A stretch of DNA of 64,000 bases from Lepidodermella squamata (GCA_047495785.1 JBLDXI010000033.1:1922001-1986000), one strand, 5' to 3'; shown: positions 37,241 to 52,639, counted from the first letter of the stretch. The notes: generated by a model from the sequence alone, not told the origin. Translations and numbers: made by a program.

Positions 37241-38704
37241 ATGGACAACTGGACTCGGCAAAGCGTCCGAGAATGGCTGTCATTCAAAGGTTTCTCTGAG
37301 AAATATGCGTGCCTGCTCTGCGATACCCACCTCATCGATGGCAAGGCCTTGCTTGCACTGAACGAAAGTGACCTCAAAGAAATGGGCGTGACTGTTGTAG
37401 GGGATCTGAAACGTCTTTCTATTGCTATCGATGAGCTGCGAAAAGAGCACATGCCTACTTTGACTGGTTACCACAACTTCTCGTGTTTGGCGGACGGCTC
37501 TGTCTGCTGCGAAGACATGTTGGATCCCAATGAAACGAGGAAGCCTATGTCCCATAGCGTGCCTTATAGCAATTTTAAGCCGGAAATTAGCAAAGCGGTG
37601 ATTGCCTTCTTCTACTTGTTCATGGCAGCCTTTGTCACCAGTGTTGTGATGGTCATAGCGCATGATCGTGTGCCTAACGGAACTGTATATCCACCTCTTC
37701 CAGACTTGGTCCTCGAAAATGTTCCTTATATAGACTGGGCATTTGAAGGCGCCGAGGTAATTGATTACTGATAATCAAATATTATCAATTTATCCTGATT
37801 TTCCAGGTCTGCGCCATTATTTTGTTCTCTGTGTGGTTCATGGTAATGTTCGTCCACAAACACAGATTCATTTTGTTCCGTAGGCAATGCTGCCTAGCCG
37901 GGACGATATTTTTGTTGCGAAGTGTAACTATGCTGATTACTACACTTTCGATACCCGGTCGCCATATCGATTGTGCATCCACGAGACCTACCGCTGATAT
38001 TTGGTCGAAAATCCAGCGCGGAGTTAGAATATGGGCTGGTGTTGGCATGCAGCTACAAGGTGTTAGAACATGCGGTGATTATATGTTTTCCGGTCATACG
38101 GTTGTGCTGACTCTTCTCGCATTTTTTATTTGTGAATGTGAGTCACCTCCTTGAATTAAAGCTTTGCAAAACCAATTTTATACCTTGATTAAGATACACC
38201 TAGAAGCTGGCACACAGTCCATAATTTCACAACACTGCTGAATTTTTTCGGAATTTTCTTCATTCTGGCCGGTCATGAGCATTACTCGATCGACGTTTTT
38301 GTTGCTTATTACATATCTTCGAGGTAAGCACTTTTCACATTGCTATGATGATATCGATTGCAACAACTTTCCATAGGATGTTCCTTTACTACCATTCAAT
38401 GGCCAATTCCAAAGTGTTGATGCAACTCGATGATTTGCACCGGACGAAGCACTGGTTTCCTCTGTTTTCATTTTTCGAGTCACAATGCCTTGGAGTTGTA
38501 CCCAACGAATATGAATGGCCATGGGACACGTGGCGAAGAAGTCGACAAACGAATGCCGAATTCGCGAACAATCATCTGCATAGCAATGGTCGTTCTTCTC
38601 CGAACAAAAAATCTCATAGAGCGCGAATTCCGAGCGATGCATCCGGTGGTCACTCGCCAACTACTGCTTCTAACGTCGTCATGCGAGCCAATAAGCATGA
38701 TTAG
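37241..38704 (+). CDS. SAMD8: sphingomyelin synthase-related protein SMSr (ceramide phosphoethanolamine synthase)
   Basis: Exons 37241-37756, 37807-38137, 38194-38323, 38377-38704. N-terminal SAM domain ([10 protein letters not shown]...[14 protein letters not shown]...GDLKRL), then [39 protein letters not shown]. Confidence 0.93.
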
Positions 38705-41700
38705 AGAGAGATTGCATGGTATACTCAAAGCTTATCCTAATATAGCGGCAATTTATTTCATTTTCAAGTCATTTTTCTCTCCTAGTACGGTGTCATCGTT
38801 GCAACAAAGATTTATATTTTTTTTCTAAGTTTTTCCTCGAGTTGTTATTGGCTGCCTTACGAATCATGTTTTAATTGTTTAGCTCGGTTAATTTTTGTTG
38901 ATGACTTACTATGAGAGATCATCAGAGGCCTTGTGTGCGAACAGTAACTGGCTATTTAACTCGGTCTAACACACGTGATCAACGTTGATACTGAGAAAAG
39001 ATTCAAACAATAATGTGATAATATTTAATTAAATAAATAATTATGTAGTCGACATCTTTAGTAAAGTTTGTGTCATGTCTTGATTATATTTGCTTCAAAT
39101 GAATTTAATCTAAGCTCCACCTACGAATAACATAATATACTTCTGAATTACCTCTCCCCGCAATTCCCAATCATTTGCTTTGACGCATCATCATTGTAGT
39201 TTAACCGGCTATTGTAAATGTTTCAATTCTCAGCGAAGTGTACTAATTGTGCCTTTCTTTTCTGTCGGTTATGTTCGTTTCTATTTTATTTATTTGAACA
39301 TTTGAGAGAATATGCTGATAATCAATTACCATGAATTATAGGAGGTATGAGAAGCGAAAGAAAATAAAACTCATTGATGATCGATTATTTTGGTTAGTCA
39401 TCAATTTGTCATTTTTATTGTATTCTCATGCAACATATCACAAGTCATTCATAATAGTGATACCGGCTCAAGTATGGTAAATATGAGGTGAAGTGATGCG
39501 TATCGCCGGGTCCACCTGTTCCCGAGACGACGCCACTTGACAAGGTACCCGAGACAAGTGTGGAGTAAATATTTGCTCTTGCAAGTGGGCCAAGACATAT
39601 ATAGTTATCAAGATTTGACACAGATAATCTTTATCGAAGCGTCATTCGGCTAATAAGATTGCTCTAAAATACCAATGAATTATGGTGGTTTTTGGTCTTG
39701 ATACCTAAAAATTCCTTCTCGGCACGTTTTGGCGTAGGGACAGGATACAACCGCCAGGAACACCATGTGGCACCTTGCCCACTAGTGTTAGCGCGTGTTG
39801 CAATATCGCGCCTTAATTTGGTATCGCAACGAGGCAATTATTTGCACAAGTGATAGCGCAAATCGAAGTGACAGACACGCACGCGAAGTATTGCGCAGTT
39901 GCTATTTGACACGTCTCCACTCGCTCTCTCTCTCAGGCTAAGCTACCTACCTATCAATGCCTAACTCGTGAGCCCAAAAGCCACGGCTAATAAACCGTTG
40001 GGCAATCAAAATCGCGTAATTGCTTTCTTTTGTTCGACTAGTTCATGCGCAGTCTTCGACTCATTAAAAATATCGCTATTTTTTAGAGATTAAATCTTTC
40101 TCGTGCCATTGAGGTACGTTATTTACGTAGGCTTATTGTTGGATAAACAATTGTTACCTTAACACCAATAATTGCGGGAATTTATTTATCTGATTTTGCT
40201 AGGTAGGCAAATGATGTGTTAAATGACAACGCTGTTAATTGTTGTTATTTCTAATGTTGCCTTCAATGCTTCAATATATTATCGTGTGTTCAGTTAAAGC
40301 TGTGAGCGCCCTGTGGGCCGTTCAGCTGCTGCTGAGCGATAGCAATATTGAGTTATTGCTGCTATTATTATCATTACTACTATTATTTATCCCAAAAGTG
40401 TCCTTCAAGTGCGCTGCTGTCTGCTGTTGAATAAACTTCTCCCGCTAGGTTCGACACACAAAGGACAGACTAGTGTAAACAATCACCTTAATTAGTGTTA
40501 TCGAAATCACTTAAAATTATTGTCTAGGTTAATAAATATTGTTATTTATTGTTGCCGAGTGCGCCGCAGTCGTTTAGCGACAATTTCACCTTAGCCAGGT
40601 GAGTTCTGCTTCGAGACGGACGTTCGTACGTCAGCCAGCCAGCCATCAAGTAAACAATCAGCACTAAAACTGCACCGCCCGCAGTAGATAAATGGCATTA
40701 GCTTGCTATATAGCACTTGCGCGGACCTCTTTTCGTTGATAATTGCCGTAATGCCTATTTTTAGGTCGCGATCTCCGATCACGAGTCTTATTAATGTTAT
40801 TAATATGTAGATACATACCTAATTTGACAAAGTGAGCACGCTACCTTAAGCGCGAAAATGTGTGTGGGAAAGCGTCAGGAGCGCGGTATCAATATAATTG
40901 CTCAGTATTAGAATGCTAACTAATTTGTTGAAAATCACTCGCCATGCTTTTATTATTTAAACCGTTCACAACTTTTGGAATACATTAGGCGTGAGTGCGA
41001 GAGGAGGCGCAACAAAAACGAAGCGACCGCCGCTTTCCCGCCGGCTCTCGGTGGCACAAATAATATTTATTGCTGGATTTGATTTTGCGAGAATAATGTT
41101 TTCCCTCCAGGTGCCATGTGCACTCGCTACATTTTAGCAGAAAAATTATTTTATAGGCGACAAAATTGTCGGACGCACCGAGGCGTCGCATCTGAGCGTT
41201 CTTGACACAAACACAAAGAACGCACCTTCTCTGGCTGCATACCGCCGCACACTAATGACCCTGACGCGGAATACCTAGTTTTCATTTTCTTTCAGAACTT
41301 GAATTTTTCGCATCGTGTAGCTTGAAACTTTACAGTAATTATCTCCGCCCTCAACTTATTCCGGAAACAACCTTATTATCGCGCTGATTATTTATTTCAG
41401 ACTTGGTTCCGAAGAAATATTTACTCCGAAACCAGAGCCGAAACCAGTGCGGTAATGACTGAAAGCCTCTTGAGAGTTATTTTGTTACAAGCGGTTTTCC
41501 GTCCAAAAAGTCGCTACGTTACAGGGCGTGGCCGCACGGCCGCTTGACGTCTGTCACACGGTATTCGCTACTGTCAGATAGGTAGCTTGCCGGGCCCACT
41601 GCATGCGAAAAAGCCATATCAGAAGATGAGTTTTCGATAAACAACACGCCGAGAGCCATTTCCGTTACGCCAAAAATAACACGGCCTTTTTTATATGCAG

Positions 41701-44700
41701 CATGCACGCGCAAAAAGAAGCGCACACGCGCGCGCAATGTGACTCCATTATAATATCATGTCCAACAACAACAAAAACATATCATCCATGTAACAGGATA
41801 TATTGCTATTTTTGCGCTAGTATGGCCCATCTACACCTTTTTGCGGCCTGACTACTGGCATAATTTAATATTTATTAGATCATAGCCGTGTATCTACCCT
41901 CTCGACGAGAAGTGGCGCAAAATAATGCTCTTTTTCTACCGTAGGCTACCAAATGTAACGCATTATATCACTTGAAACATAGATTATTAGTTATGCCTTG
42001 GTAGGTTGGCAGGTAAAAATGCTACTCCTACGGCGAGTAATTATTTTCGATGGCCATATTTTGTTTGTTATTTTGCATGGCTGTAGTTAGTTGGACAGTT
42101 GTTTTTGTTCGCATATAAGCATGCGGCTTTTTCTTGGACTGCCCCTGTTGTTATTATTTATGACTTGGCAACCATTCGAGTTTTACAAAAATCACTCGAT
42201 AAGGTCAATGAAAGGATGCTGAAGGGACGAGATAAGGCTGCGGAACGTTCGATCGTAACGTTTCTTCGTCTATATACCTATGTTTACGCTTCTTATAGCG
42301 GAAAGAACTATCACACCTGTTTTTTCATCTTGATGATGAGGTGTGGGTCTTTATTTCCTTCGGCGAAATAATTTTGCGATCCATCAGCGTTCTTCCGGTC
42401 ATTTTGCGCATTCCTAATCAACACTGTGAAAAGGAAAAAATGAAACTCAAGTGTTATTCGCTTCGATTTCATTTTGAGCAAATTATTTGTTGATAAATTA
42501 TAGGAATGAGCAATCTGCGACGTAATAACATCGCAACTGGCCGCAAAACACAGGAAATTCAATTCGCGAACCCCGGTCATTTTTCTATTACTTTCATTGA
42601 ATCGACATTTTTAAAGAGATTTTTAAGACCGTGGACATATAAACAAATGTGTCCTCTGGAGGAAGAGCACTTGAAATTTTTTACTACTCTAAACTATGGC
42701 GACTTTCAAAAATTTTCAACAAGCAATAGGCAATCTCCCATAATTCCGTCGACTCATCTATCATCTTGCATTTTACCATTTGACGGGTGTTTGATCCCAC
42801 GATATAGAGGTCAAGCTCATAAACGGCTAAAATAATCTCTCACACTTGCTGATTTCTGCGGTTTTAATCTTTCTTCCTATTATAATAATTACTGAGATAC
42901 CAAAGTGTCCACTTCTTCTCTGCTCGGAAATCATTCTTACATTTTGTGTGAACCAGAGTTGAAGATTGAAGTGGAAGCCATGAGAACATTTCGGGCCGTG
43001 CATTTACTTCTTTAAGCGAGTAAAATTACCTACTTGTCGGCTAAACTGTTCTTCCTATATACGGCGGCGTCTTGTGCCGTGTTTACAAACCCGGATACGC
43101 GACAATTTAAGCTCAGTTCCGAGGACGAGGTGTTCGAATTTTATTACCTGTAGTAACAATATCTCAACCGTTGTACTACCAATTGTTAGCAAAGGTGGCA
43201 AAACCTGAGGACAAGCCGGGACGTGAAGTCTGCGGCGTAGACGTCTGGCCTAAGATATCGCCAGACAATGAAGGGCGGATGAGCGGCTACTAGTAAATAA
43301 TCTTAGTGATATCTCATATCGCACCCGTTCGTTTCAATTATTCTTGTTTATGTTACCCCTCTTAAGCTGGTGGGCATCTCAGTTGTACTTTCAATAATTA
43401 ACAAGTGACCATTCGAAATTTGCCTTTTGCACGCTTAGCCCTGGTAGGATAAACAAACCTGACTTGAATTCTTAGCATTGCAGTCTCGTATATCTGCGGA
43501 CAGGTGTAAGCGTTGCTCGCGCACGCGCTTTCTAGTTAGCTGTTTTTCTAACGAAGGCTGATACCATTGGGTGGTTTGCGTCCTTTGTCTTCATAATTCA
43601 TCATATTTTTGCTACCTATCGGCGCCTTGAGGCTCATTTTAGCATTTTAAGACATTATCGCTGGTGTAATAACAATAAATAATGCAACCGAGTGGGTGAG
43701 TGAGAGTGCTATTAGAACGACACTTGCCGCTATAAACCTCCATTAAGCGCATAACTTTAAGGCGGATCTCACTTAGTAGCAAAGTAGCGTAATTTCATTA
43801 AATTTTCACTCGGTCTCGTCTACGCTTGGCGCCGAAACCGGGTAAATACAGCCGCCACGCGTTCGTACTCAACTCACGCGCCCACTGGAATGCGCTAATT
43901 TTTAACCGGCGTCGTCCACTCTCAGTCCAATTTCTTACATAAGACAATATCATATCAGCACCTGAATTGAGAATCCACACGACCCAGCTGCATCGGTGGA
44001 AGGTAATTTTATTGTCATGCGGCTTTTATTGTTTGCGAAGGTTAACCTTTCGTCTCAGTGCGCGGGCTGTATATAGTTTCAAGAGTGATCTTCGCGCACG
44101 CGCAGCCAAATAGTAACCAATCAGCTTGGCAAACTTCTTCGACCTAAAAGAAGAAGGTGTCATCATCCGGCCTCCGGTCGCTGCTTTGATTATCATCCTC
44201 ATCTGTTTCCGCGCCGTTTTCGCGCGCTCGTCCTGTGCTAACAGAGTCGCACGCTCGCCCCATCTATCACTCTTCTTCTCGCATTTCACTGCGCCGAGAC
44301 CCAAAGTGACCAGCTAACCTACAAAATGGGTTATTTTAGCCGGGTAATAATCATCATAATAATAGTAATAATAATATAACAAAATGGCATCATCAAAAGT
44401 TTCTCGCACACACTCGCGCCCGCTCTCCGCCGCTCTCTTCAGGCTTATTTTTATTATCGCCACCGCCCTTTGTTTATTCTATAGTAGCAGGCAGCGAGTT
44501 TGCGGTCACTCGCTTGTCGCCGTGTAACTGTCACATTATATAACTTGGACAATATTTTTCAACGATAATCGTAGATTCACACCTTTTCACAACATTCACT
44601 TCCACCCTGTGCTTTTGCAAAACGTAATTCATTTTATTGTTATTACCAACGTGCTATATTTTAATTTCCACGGTTTTTCCCGGACATGAACCAACTACAC

Positions 44701-47700
44701 CTGTGCCTTTGTTTGAATTTAGCCTTTTAATTTGAAAACTAGTTAATTTCGAAAACCAATTAGGCCGCTGAAAAAATTGCTGGTCCATTTGCTCATTTAT
44801 CGGTCGATAATTTAGCACTACTTTGTTGTTGAAATTTTGTTGTTGTTGACTTGGCCATTTTTGTCAAAATATTGCTCACTCGTATACAACAACTGCTTTT
44901 TTAAACTTTTCCAAATTGAAAACCTCACGTACACGATTGTGATTTTAATAAATTATTTGCGTCAATTTTTGGGAGGCGAGCTGCAGTAATGCCGAGTATC
45001 CAAATTTTCAATTGCTATTTATTGCTCTTAAAAACTGTTGTGATTGATGTAAAAGATATTGTTGTTACTACTCAACGCGCTGTTTTTCAGCTCACACGCG
45101 CTGATACTTGAAGAAATTTCAAAGGACACGCGCGCGGCACACCTTTGTCACACTTCAATGCACTAATATTCGCTGTTTTTCTCAAAGCTGTTTTTAACTT
45201 TCCTAAGTCGTCGAATGAGAGGATTGTTGTGTTTTTTGCTATTTTTCAAAGCGAAAAACGGCACGATTATTAACGCTTGGCTTGACACATTTTCGATTAA
45301 TTCCTATGCGTCGAAATTCTTGTTACGCCGTGTCGCGTTCGCTCGACGATATGCGGTGTGCTTGGAACGCGTTTTATTGGATGCTGGAACCCGTTTCTCG
45401 TGCGAGCGTGTTCGCGCAACGTTGCGAAGGTGTGTTGGCCACGCCGGGCTGCGCTAACGCTTGCGTCGCCGCTTTTGTACAGCCCGGCGAGACGTTTAAA
45501 ACAAATACCGATTGAGGCGGCAATATTTACCAGTTTTAAGGCCATTATATTTCGTTTTATAAGTATTACCTGCTAATATTTATACAGTTATACGATACTA
45601 GGAGGTATTTCAGTTCTATTTAACGTTACGCTCCAACGGCGTTTACAGGGCTCGCTCACGAAAAGACGCGCGCGAATTATAAACAAAATTTTGTTGCCTA
45701 AAAAATTATCAGCTTTAACTATTTATATGTGCGACGCCTTTGAAAATATTGTTATTGCGGTATGTACCTGGAAACAGGCTAAGCGTGCAGCGGCGACGAG
45801 GCACGATTGTCAAATAACACTTGATAACAATAATAATCATCATGTCGCTCCGGCAAATAGAAAGAGACAGTGCTTACTTTTATATGGAGTCATGCAATAT
45901 CTGTGGTTTTGTTTCTGTTTCCGTTTTGTTGTTAGTTATACCTCCTCATTGTTATATTGATGTTGTATTAAACTGAGTTAACATGATACTCTAGTGCCAA
46001 AAGCAGCGCCATAGCGCGATCTATTATCTGTGCCAGGTGTAAAATACGCGATTCAGAAAGTTAATAGCGCGTTAAAAATTGTATTCACTTTTCTCTAATT
46101 TACTTTTACCTTCACTCTTTACATTAAAATTTAAAATAATAATGTGTTTAAAACAAGAAGTCGTTGTTATTTTTATAGCGGTTTTGTGAAAACAACAACA
46201 ATAGGATGACATCTTTTACTTTTTCGTCGAACACGGCGTTGCCTCAAAGATAACAACCGCCGTGGTTGTTTTTACCAATTCCAACACGTTTCGTTGTAGT
46301 AAATACGTTAAGGTGGATTTCAACGCGCGATGGCTCGAAAAATAACATTTTTTTTAAGTCAAAGCAACATTGCTCGCTTTGCGATGTAACGCGCATTTTT
46401 CACGCCTGTATCATTTTTGCCCGCGGGCTTTCAGTGATGGGTCATAAAATGAATAGCCCAGGAGCTTTTTCTTATTCTTCCGTTTTTTGTTTCCGGCCTT
46501 GTAACACGTCCCTCGCAAACGTAAACTGCGGTCGATGTGTTTGCACATTTTTACATGGATAAATACGTCACGCGATAGAAATGTTATTTTGTGCTGTCAA
46601 GCTTGTTTTGCGGAAACAATTTTTGAAAATACAATATTTTAAAAAGGCGCACTTACAAAAACAGCGCACTCTCTCCACACACAGCGCAGAACAGCCGCGC
46701 ACACAACTGGCCCGTTGCGGTTCTTGTTGTGTGTGCGTATCGTTCGTTTTTGGCGGCCGCGCGCAGCGAATGTGCGTGTCAACCGTGTCACCTTAATTCT
46801 GCGTGATCCCCACGTTTTTGGTGTTCAAAATTTCTTCCATATTTCCGCATTTGTATTTCACGGAAGGGGTTCGAACTGCTTAATGCTTAATGCTTGCATA
46901 ATGCAGTGCTCCGCTCTTCATTGTTCTAATAATTACCCCCTTCCTGTCACGTTTTTTTCTACCTGCCGATCCCAAGTTTTCAAAATATTTACCCTATACT
47001 TATTGCGTGTAACTTAACGGATACCTTGCTTGCACTCGCTGCTAATTTTTCCGACTGGTCACGTTCTTGGTGCACCTTTTTATAAAAATAAATAAACAAA
47101 ACATTATTTTGGTAGATTAACCGAGCTATTAAAAGAATTGTCATTTCGTTATTTGCCATACAGTGTTTCAATCGTTCGCTGTTCAATCTGTAGCACTTGT
47201 TTTCTGAATTTTTCACTCGCATTTTTCACACCTATATCTTTTTGTCTTTGCGCATATGATCGCTCGTGCCCAAAGGACCATGAAATTTATGCGCCATCAT
47301 TCATGCGACGTCATAAAGTGCGTTTTCGTGTAGCGGATATCCCCTGAAAATCGCTAAGCAAATAACCTGAAAGCTTGTAATTACACCTACACCATGGGTC
47401 AAAAAGGCGCTACCTGTGTGCAATAGAGCGGCGCATCCGCCTTTTGGCGCAGAAACCTTATTTAGTTACTTATTGTTTTTCGGCTGGTTTTATGCGCGCT
47501 TTATGCGCTGATGTTATATTAGACTGGTGGATCCTTTGTACCTGCATGGCACGCACGTGTAAACACGTGTTTGCGCGCGCCGCCGCCGCCGCCGCAGCCG
47601 CCGCCTCGCTTTCGGGCTCGCCCAGGGTCGGCCATGGACGATTGACGAAATGGCCACCACAACCACTGAAGATTTTCGTCGCCTTGCCGGTATAAATTGC

Positions 47701-48759
47701 TATTGTGGCAACGGTGACAAAATGAGGCAAACATACGCACAGGTTGGGAATAGGATGAGACAGTACATAATATAATAGTAAATTGTCATTGTCAATTGCG
47801 CATCCGCGCCTCCTCCTGAGACACACCCAGCGCCTATTACTATCGATATATTGTTATTATTATCGCACCTATTATTTCAGGCCAAGAAAATAACAATGTA
47901 TCGCTTGTGTTGGCCGAGACGCCTTTTAAAAGACGCTACGTTGTTTTGTGTGCGATGATACATATGGGAAAGGCTTTGGCGATTATTGTTTCCCGAAGGT
48001 TCTCCTAGCACTAGAAAATCACCCGAGACACCTTCTCGATAAATAAATAAGCGATGTATTATCGGACTCATCTCGCGCGCGCGCGTACACGGCTAAGTCA
48101 ATGATCTGCGCCGTAAATCGTAATAAAAGCATTTCGTGGGACGGGGATATGGCTTGTCACTCGTCTACTGTCAACAAATGTCAACGACGTAAGAGAGGCC
48201 ATATAACACCCGACTGTGGGAGATACATTCCTACGTTGGTATTAGCAAAAATACCATCTTCCTCGCTCTTTCCCCAACACTCGACTCCACTATTATCATC
48301 GCCTCGTTCATAAACACTTGCTCGGTAAATATAAACACTTGTTATCTTGTAGTATATAGGCATTCTTCGGCTATGGGACCTGCATTACCACGGCGCGCGA
48401 GAGCAGGAGACGGGGAAGTGCCGGCGAAGAGGCGCTCTCACTTGCGCACTTTTGCCTCTGCGATGCTGCTCGTCCCGTGTGTTTGGCGTCTCGTCATCGC
48501 GCTCCTTATTGCGCTCTCCCACGAACGCTTATTAGCCTACTCAAAAATACAACACCGAGCAATAGAAAAATCATTATTCCTAATATTTACCGCTATCATA
48601 TTTATCACAATTATCTTAGGGTGTTTTTCCTTTCTTCCTGTGTTTACTCTATCCATGGCTTCATACAACTAATTTGTTACATCTTGTTTTACAGTTGTTG
48701 TAGAATTTTAATTGTTTAGCGTTATCGTCCCCAAGCTCGGCTCAAAATTGGGGCAACCA

Positions 48760-51700
48760 ATGAAAATCGTAACATTGGAGAAGTCAGGGCTGATCAAATC
48801 AGCTTTGCTCATCCTCGTCATATTTTCCGCAGCTGGACAGGTCGACGCAATACTTGGTAATTTATAAAAAAATTGCACAGCTTAAAATTAATATTTTTCT
48901 CGACTACAGAAACTTTTGTGAATTACATCTACTGGGGCCCGGCTGGTTACACTGCGCGGGTTGGTGTGTGTCCCGGAAATGACATCGAACTGGATGCGGC
49001 CGAAGGTGGGCCGCTGTTGACGCTTCAAAACGCAGACGAATGTGCTGAAAAATGCATCGCGCTTTCTAATCAAACCGAAAAGCACCCGGCATGCGTTGGC
49101 TTCACTTATTCAACTTCGACGAAACGTTGCTTATTGAAATCGAAATCATGCGGCGCCACCGTGATCAACGGCTCGACAGATACATCGATGATGTTTGACG
49201 CATTCGGTAAATTCGCCTATTATAAATTGTGATATTTAAACTAAATTTGCTGCTCATTATTTAAGGTGGAACCGGCTGTCCAGTCGGGTTTTATGGCTGG
49301 AACTGCTCTTACTACTGCAGTTGCGCTAATAACGATGTTTGCAACCCAGTCGATGGGTCATGTCCAGGTGGCTGTTCTGATCATCATTGGGGTTGGGGCT
49401 GCAGTTTAAGTAAGATTCTTAACATTTTATTGTGTCAAATTTTTAATGATTTTTTTTTCAATTTTTAAAGTCAACAGCTGCTTTTACGACAACGAAGGTG
49501 GAGCTCATTACAAGGGCTCTCGTTACAACGCCATCAGTGGAGCCATGTGCCAGCCTTGGTATCAACGTCAGCCTCACGATCACAACTACACCGATGCAGA
49601 TATGGCTGACGGGTCGTTATTAAAGGCGAGGAATTTCTGCCGAAATCCAAAGCCTTCGAACGATAGTACCAATGCGCAACCACAGCCAACAGAACCGTGG
49701 TGTTACGTGTTGGACAAGCCGGACGGTGAACGCGAGACTTGCTATGTCAAGAAGTGCAGTAAGTTTTGTGGCATCATCATTCATCATACTGCGGTGTCTT
49801 GAAGAGAGATACCGCTCAGCATATAAAATGCAAATTGTAGCTAATTATTTGTTTACATTTCTCACGCGCGTACTGCGCGTTTTTGTTTGTTAAGCCCTTC
49901 AAAGCACATCAAAGCACTTGAAAAATCTGCTTGCTTTCAGGTTGCGAATTCGGCCGTTACGGCACTAATTGCGAGCGCGAGTGTCCCGAGGGACGCTATG
50001 GCCAGGACTGCCGGTTTACGTGCCAATGCAACGCCGATGAAACTTGCAGCAAACTAACCGGCAAATGTCAAAGTAAGCGTTGAAACAAGAATGAAGCATA
50101 ATTTGGTTCTAACTTGAATTGCTTCTAGAATGCCCGCCTGGTTTTTTCGGTTCCGGCTGTTTGAGGCGATGCCATTGTCGAGATTCGTCTGAGGTGTGCG
50201 ATTATCGGAGCGGTGCGTGTACCACCTGCGCGGAGGGATTTGGCGGCGTAGATTGCTACACAAAGCTACCTTTTTTGAGCCAACAGCCTTGGGTCTCGAA
50301 ACGCTCACCATCCTCACTAACCCTAGCCTGGCAAGGCTGGTTTGCGTGCCACGTGACAGGTGGGTGTGGCGAGGGCCCCATCAACGGTTACATTGTCGAG
50401 TACCATCCGAAGAATGCTATGATCAGCAAATGGATTCAGGCATTAGTTTCAGCCAACACGACCGAAATCGAAGTAACGAATTTACACGATGACGTCATTT
50501 ACGAGCTTCGGGTGACGCCGATTCACGCGCAATGGCTGCAGGGTTTAGCCTCGGTTCCTGTTGAATTTCAACTCTGCGGCGATCCCAAGTCTGCGCCTCG
50601 TGACGTTGAGATATCGCACAAGAATTGCAACGAACATTTTTGCGAGGCTGATATTTCTTTCAGCAAAATCGCGAATCTCACAGAGCTCAACTGCGACAGT
50701 TCGAAGGTGACTTACGTTGTATCCTACGGCGAAATGGTTCGAAGCTCCAGCGATTTGGAGGCAAAAGAACCGGCGACCTACCAGACTGTTTCATGCCACC
50801 ACAGCAGCGAGTCGAACAGATGTAAACTATCTCTTGGCAGGCTGGCTCCAGGGTCAATTTTCAGCGTAAAAGTGTGCGCATCTTCAGCAAAAAGTGCGCC
50901 AACTTTCCTGTGGAAACGTCTCAGCGAAACCATGCTCGACAAAAAGTGCGGGCCTGTTTTTGCAACCACCCTGAAAACACCGCACGCTGAGCCTAGCGCG
51001 CCTCGTAATTTGACGCTGAATCACGTCGGGCCCCGTCGGGCTTTTATTGAATGGCAAACTCCAGCAACTCCAAACGCTCCAATCAAATCGATTTACTATT
51101 CAGTTGAGTTGAATGAGCGAAGAATTCGAGCGTGTGGTTCGGTTGAAAAATCCAACGTCGTAACATTTTTCGTCAACACTACTTCAGCGTATTTGGAGCC
51201 GTTGAAACCTCATTCAGACTACACTGTAACGGTGTTCGCGCACAATCCTGACCAGAAATCAAGCCAAAATGCGTCACTGGAATTCGCCACCCAACCTGCG
51301 AATCCTGAGGCACGGCTCAGTGCACGGGTGAAACAAATCGGGCAGGATTTTGTGCAAGTCTCCATCGAAGAACCATCGTGCCGGCAAATTCATGGTGACA
51401 TGGCTGGTTTCCGGTACGAGGTTTCCTTAGTAACACCTCGAAACGGGTCAACCCTTATCAGTGGAAATTCGAATGAGAGTGACTTCCGCATCGGCGGCTT
51501 GGAGCCATTTTCAAATTACGTCCTTGTTGTTCATTTGATCAATAACAAGGGCCCAGGCGGACCAAGCTCTCCTATCAAATTCCAAACCAAGGAATCAGTA
51601 CCAGCTGAACCTCGGCGCCTTGAAGTTATGAACATTTCTTCGAATTCAATGCAAATGGCTGTTGCATTGCCACCGAATCCTCGAGCTCAAGTTAAGTACA

Positions 51701-52639
51701 TCGAAGTCAAGCTAATCGATCTAGATCTAACCGCTCCTAGCAGCACATTACAGAAAAAGGGTGCCCCCATTCTGCGCTCAGCTAACTCGACAAAGGATGC
51801 TGAGGCGAAAAAAGACATTATCCGTGTAAAAGCTAGCGCTGATGGGAACATCGCGCTGTCTGATTTGCGGCCTAACACCAAGTACCGAGTTCAAGTCAGA
51901 GCTGTCGCGGAAACTGGCGCCAGCGAATGGTCTGATCCTATCATGATTCGGACAAGGAAGGAAAACTACGGAACAAGCTTAGAAGATGCGATGGCTGCAA
52001 TCTACGACGAATCGAGCTATTTCGAATCTATGCCGTTAATTGCTGGCTGTATCGTTTCGATTTTATTTGTCATCCTGATTTTCTCCGGCGTTGCGGCGTT
52101 CGTCATCATGTGGCGACGGCGCATTTCTCGGTCGATGGTACCTGCAGCAAGCAGTAGTCTGTCGCGAAGTTGCACCTCCGGCGGCACTTCGTCACCATCA
52201 TCTTCAACCGCCGCAGACGACGTGCAAGGTCGATGGAGGACGATTCCCCATTTCCTTCAGGTAAGCAACGTCGTTCTTCAAATCCTTACACCGAAACCTA
52301 ATTTATTTTCAAAATTTTTAGGAAATGAAGGGTGAAAGTATGATCTACACGACCCATGATGTGATTGGGCTGTGTGATTCTCCGCCTACGACATTCATGC
52401 CTCTTGGACATCCTGGTCATTCGATTCAGGTCAACACTGATAACAATCACAGCACTTGCTCATCAGCATCACCCGACAGCAACAACAGCAGCAGCGGCGG
52501 CATTGTTGGAGGTGGCCTCCTTAAAAAGGTCAATGCGCCAATGCCACCTCCGCGTCCGTTGCTGCGTCCTCCTCAACTTCAAGCTAAACCCGATCCTCGT
52601 AAAACAACATCGAATTCAAGATTTAACGCCAGGAAATAG
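48760..52639 (+). CDS. single-pass receptor (~1,135 aa): signal peptide, PAN/apple, EGF-like, kringle, 2-3 EGF-like, ~5 FN3, TM, short Ser/Pro-rich tail
   Basis: Exons 48760-48856, 48910-49206, 49266-49409, 49471-49758, 49941-50072, 50129-52260, 52322-52639 (3408 nt, in frame). PAN: CPGNDI..ECAEKC..CVGFTY..CLLKS. Kringle: YKG..SGAMCQPW..NFCRNP..PWCY. EGF: CPxGxxGxxC. FN3: LxPxTxYxVxVxA. TM: IAGCIVSILFVILIFSGVAAFVIMWRRR. Confidence 0.88.

Noticed and set aside
39000-48700. Short ORFs, (GCC)n/(CG)n runs and weak hairpins as genes or miRNAs
   Set aside because: No coding motifs and no convincing long hairpin or known ncRNA sequence by eye.
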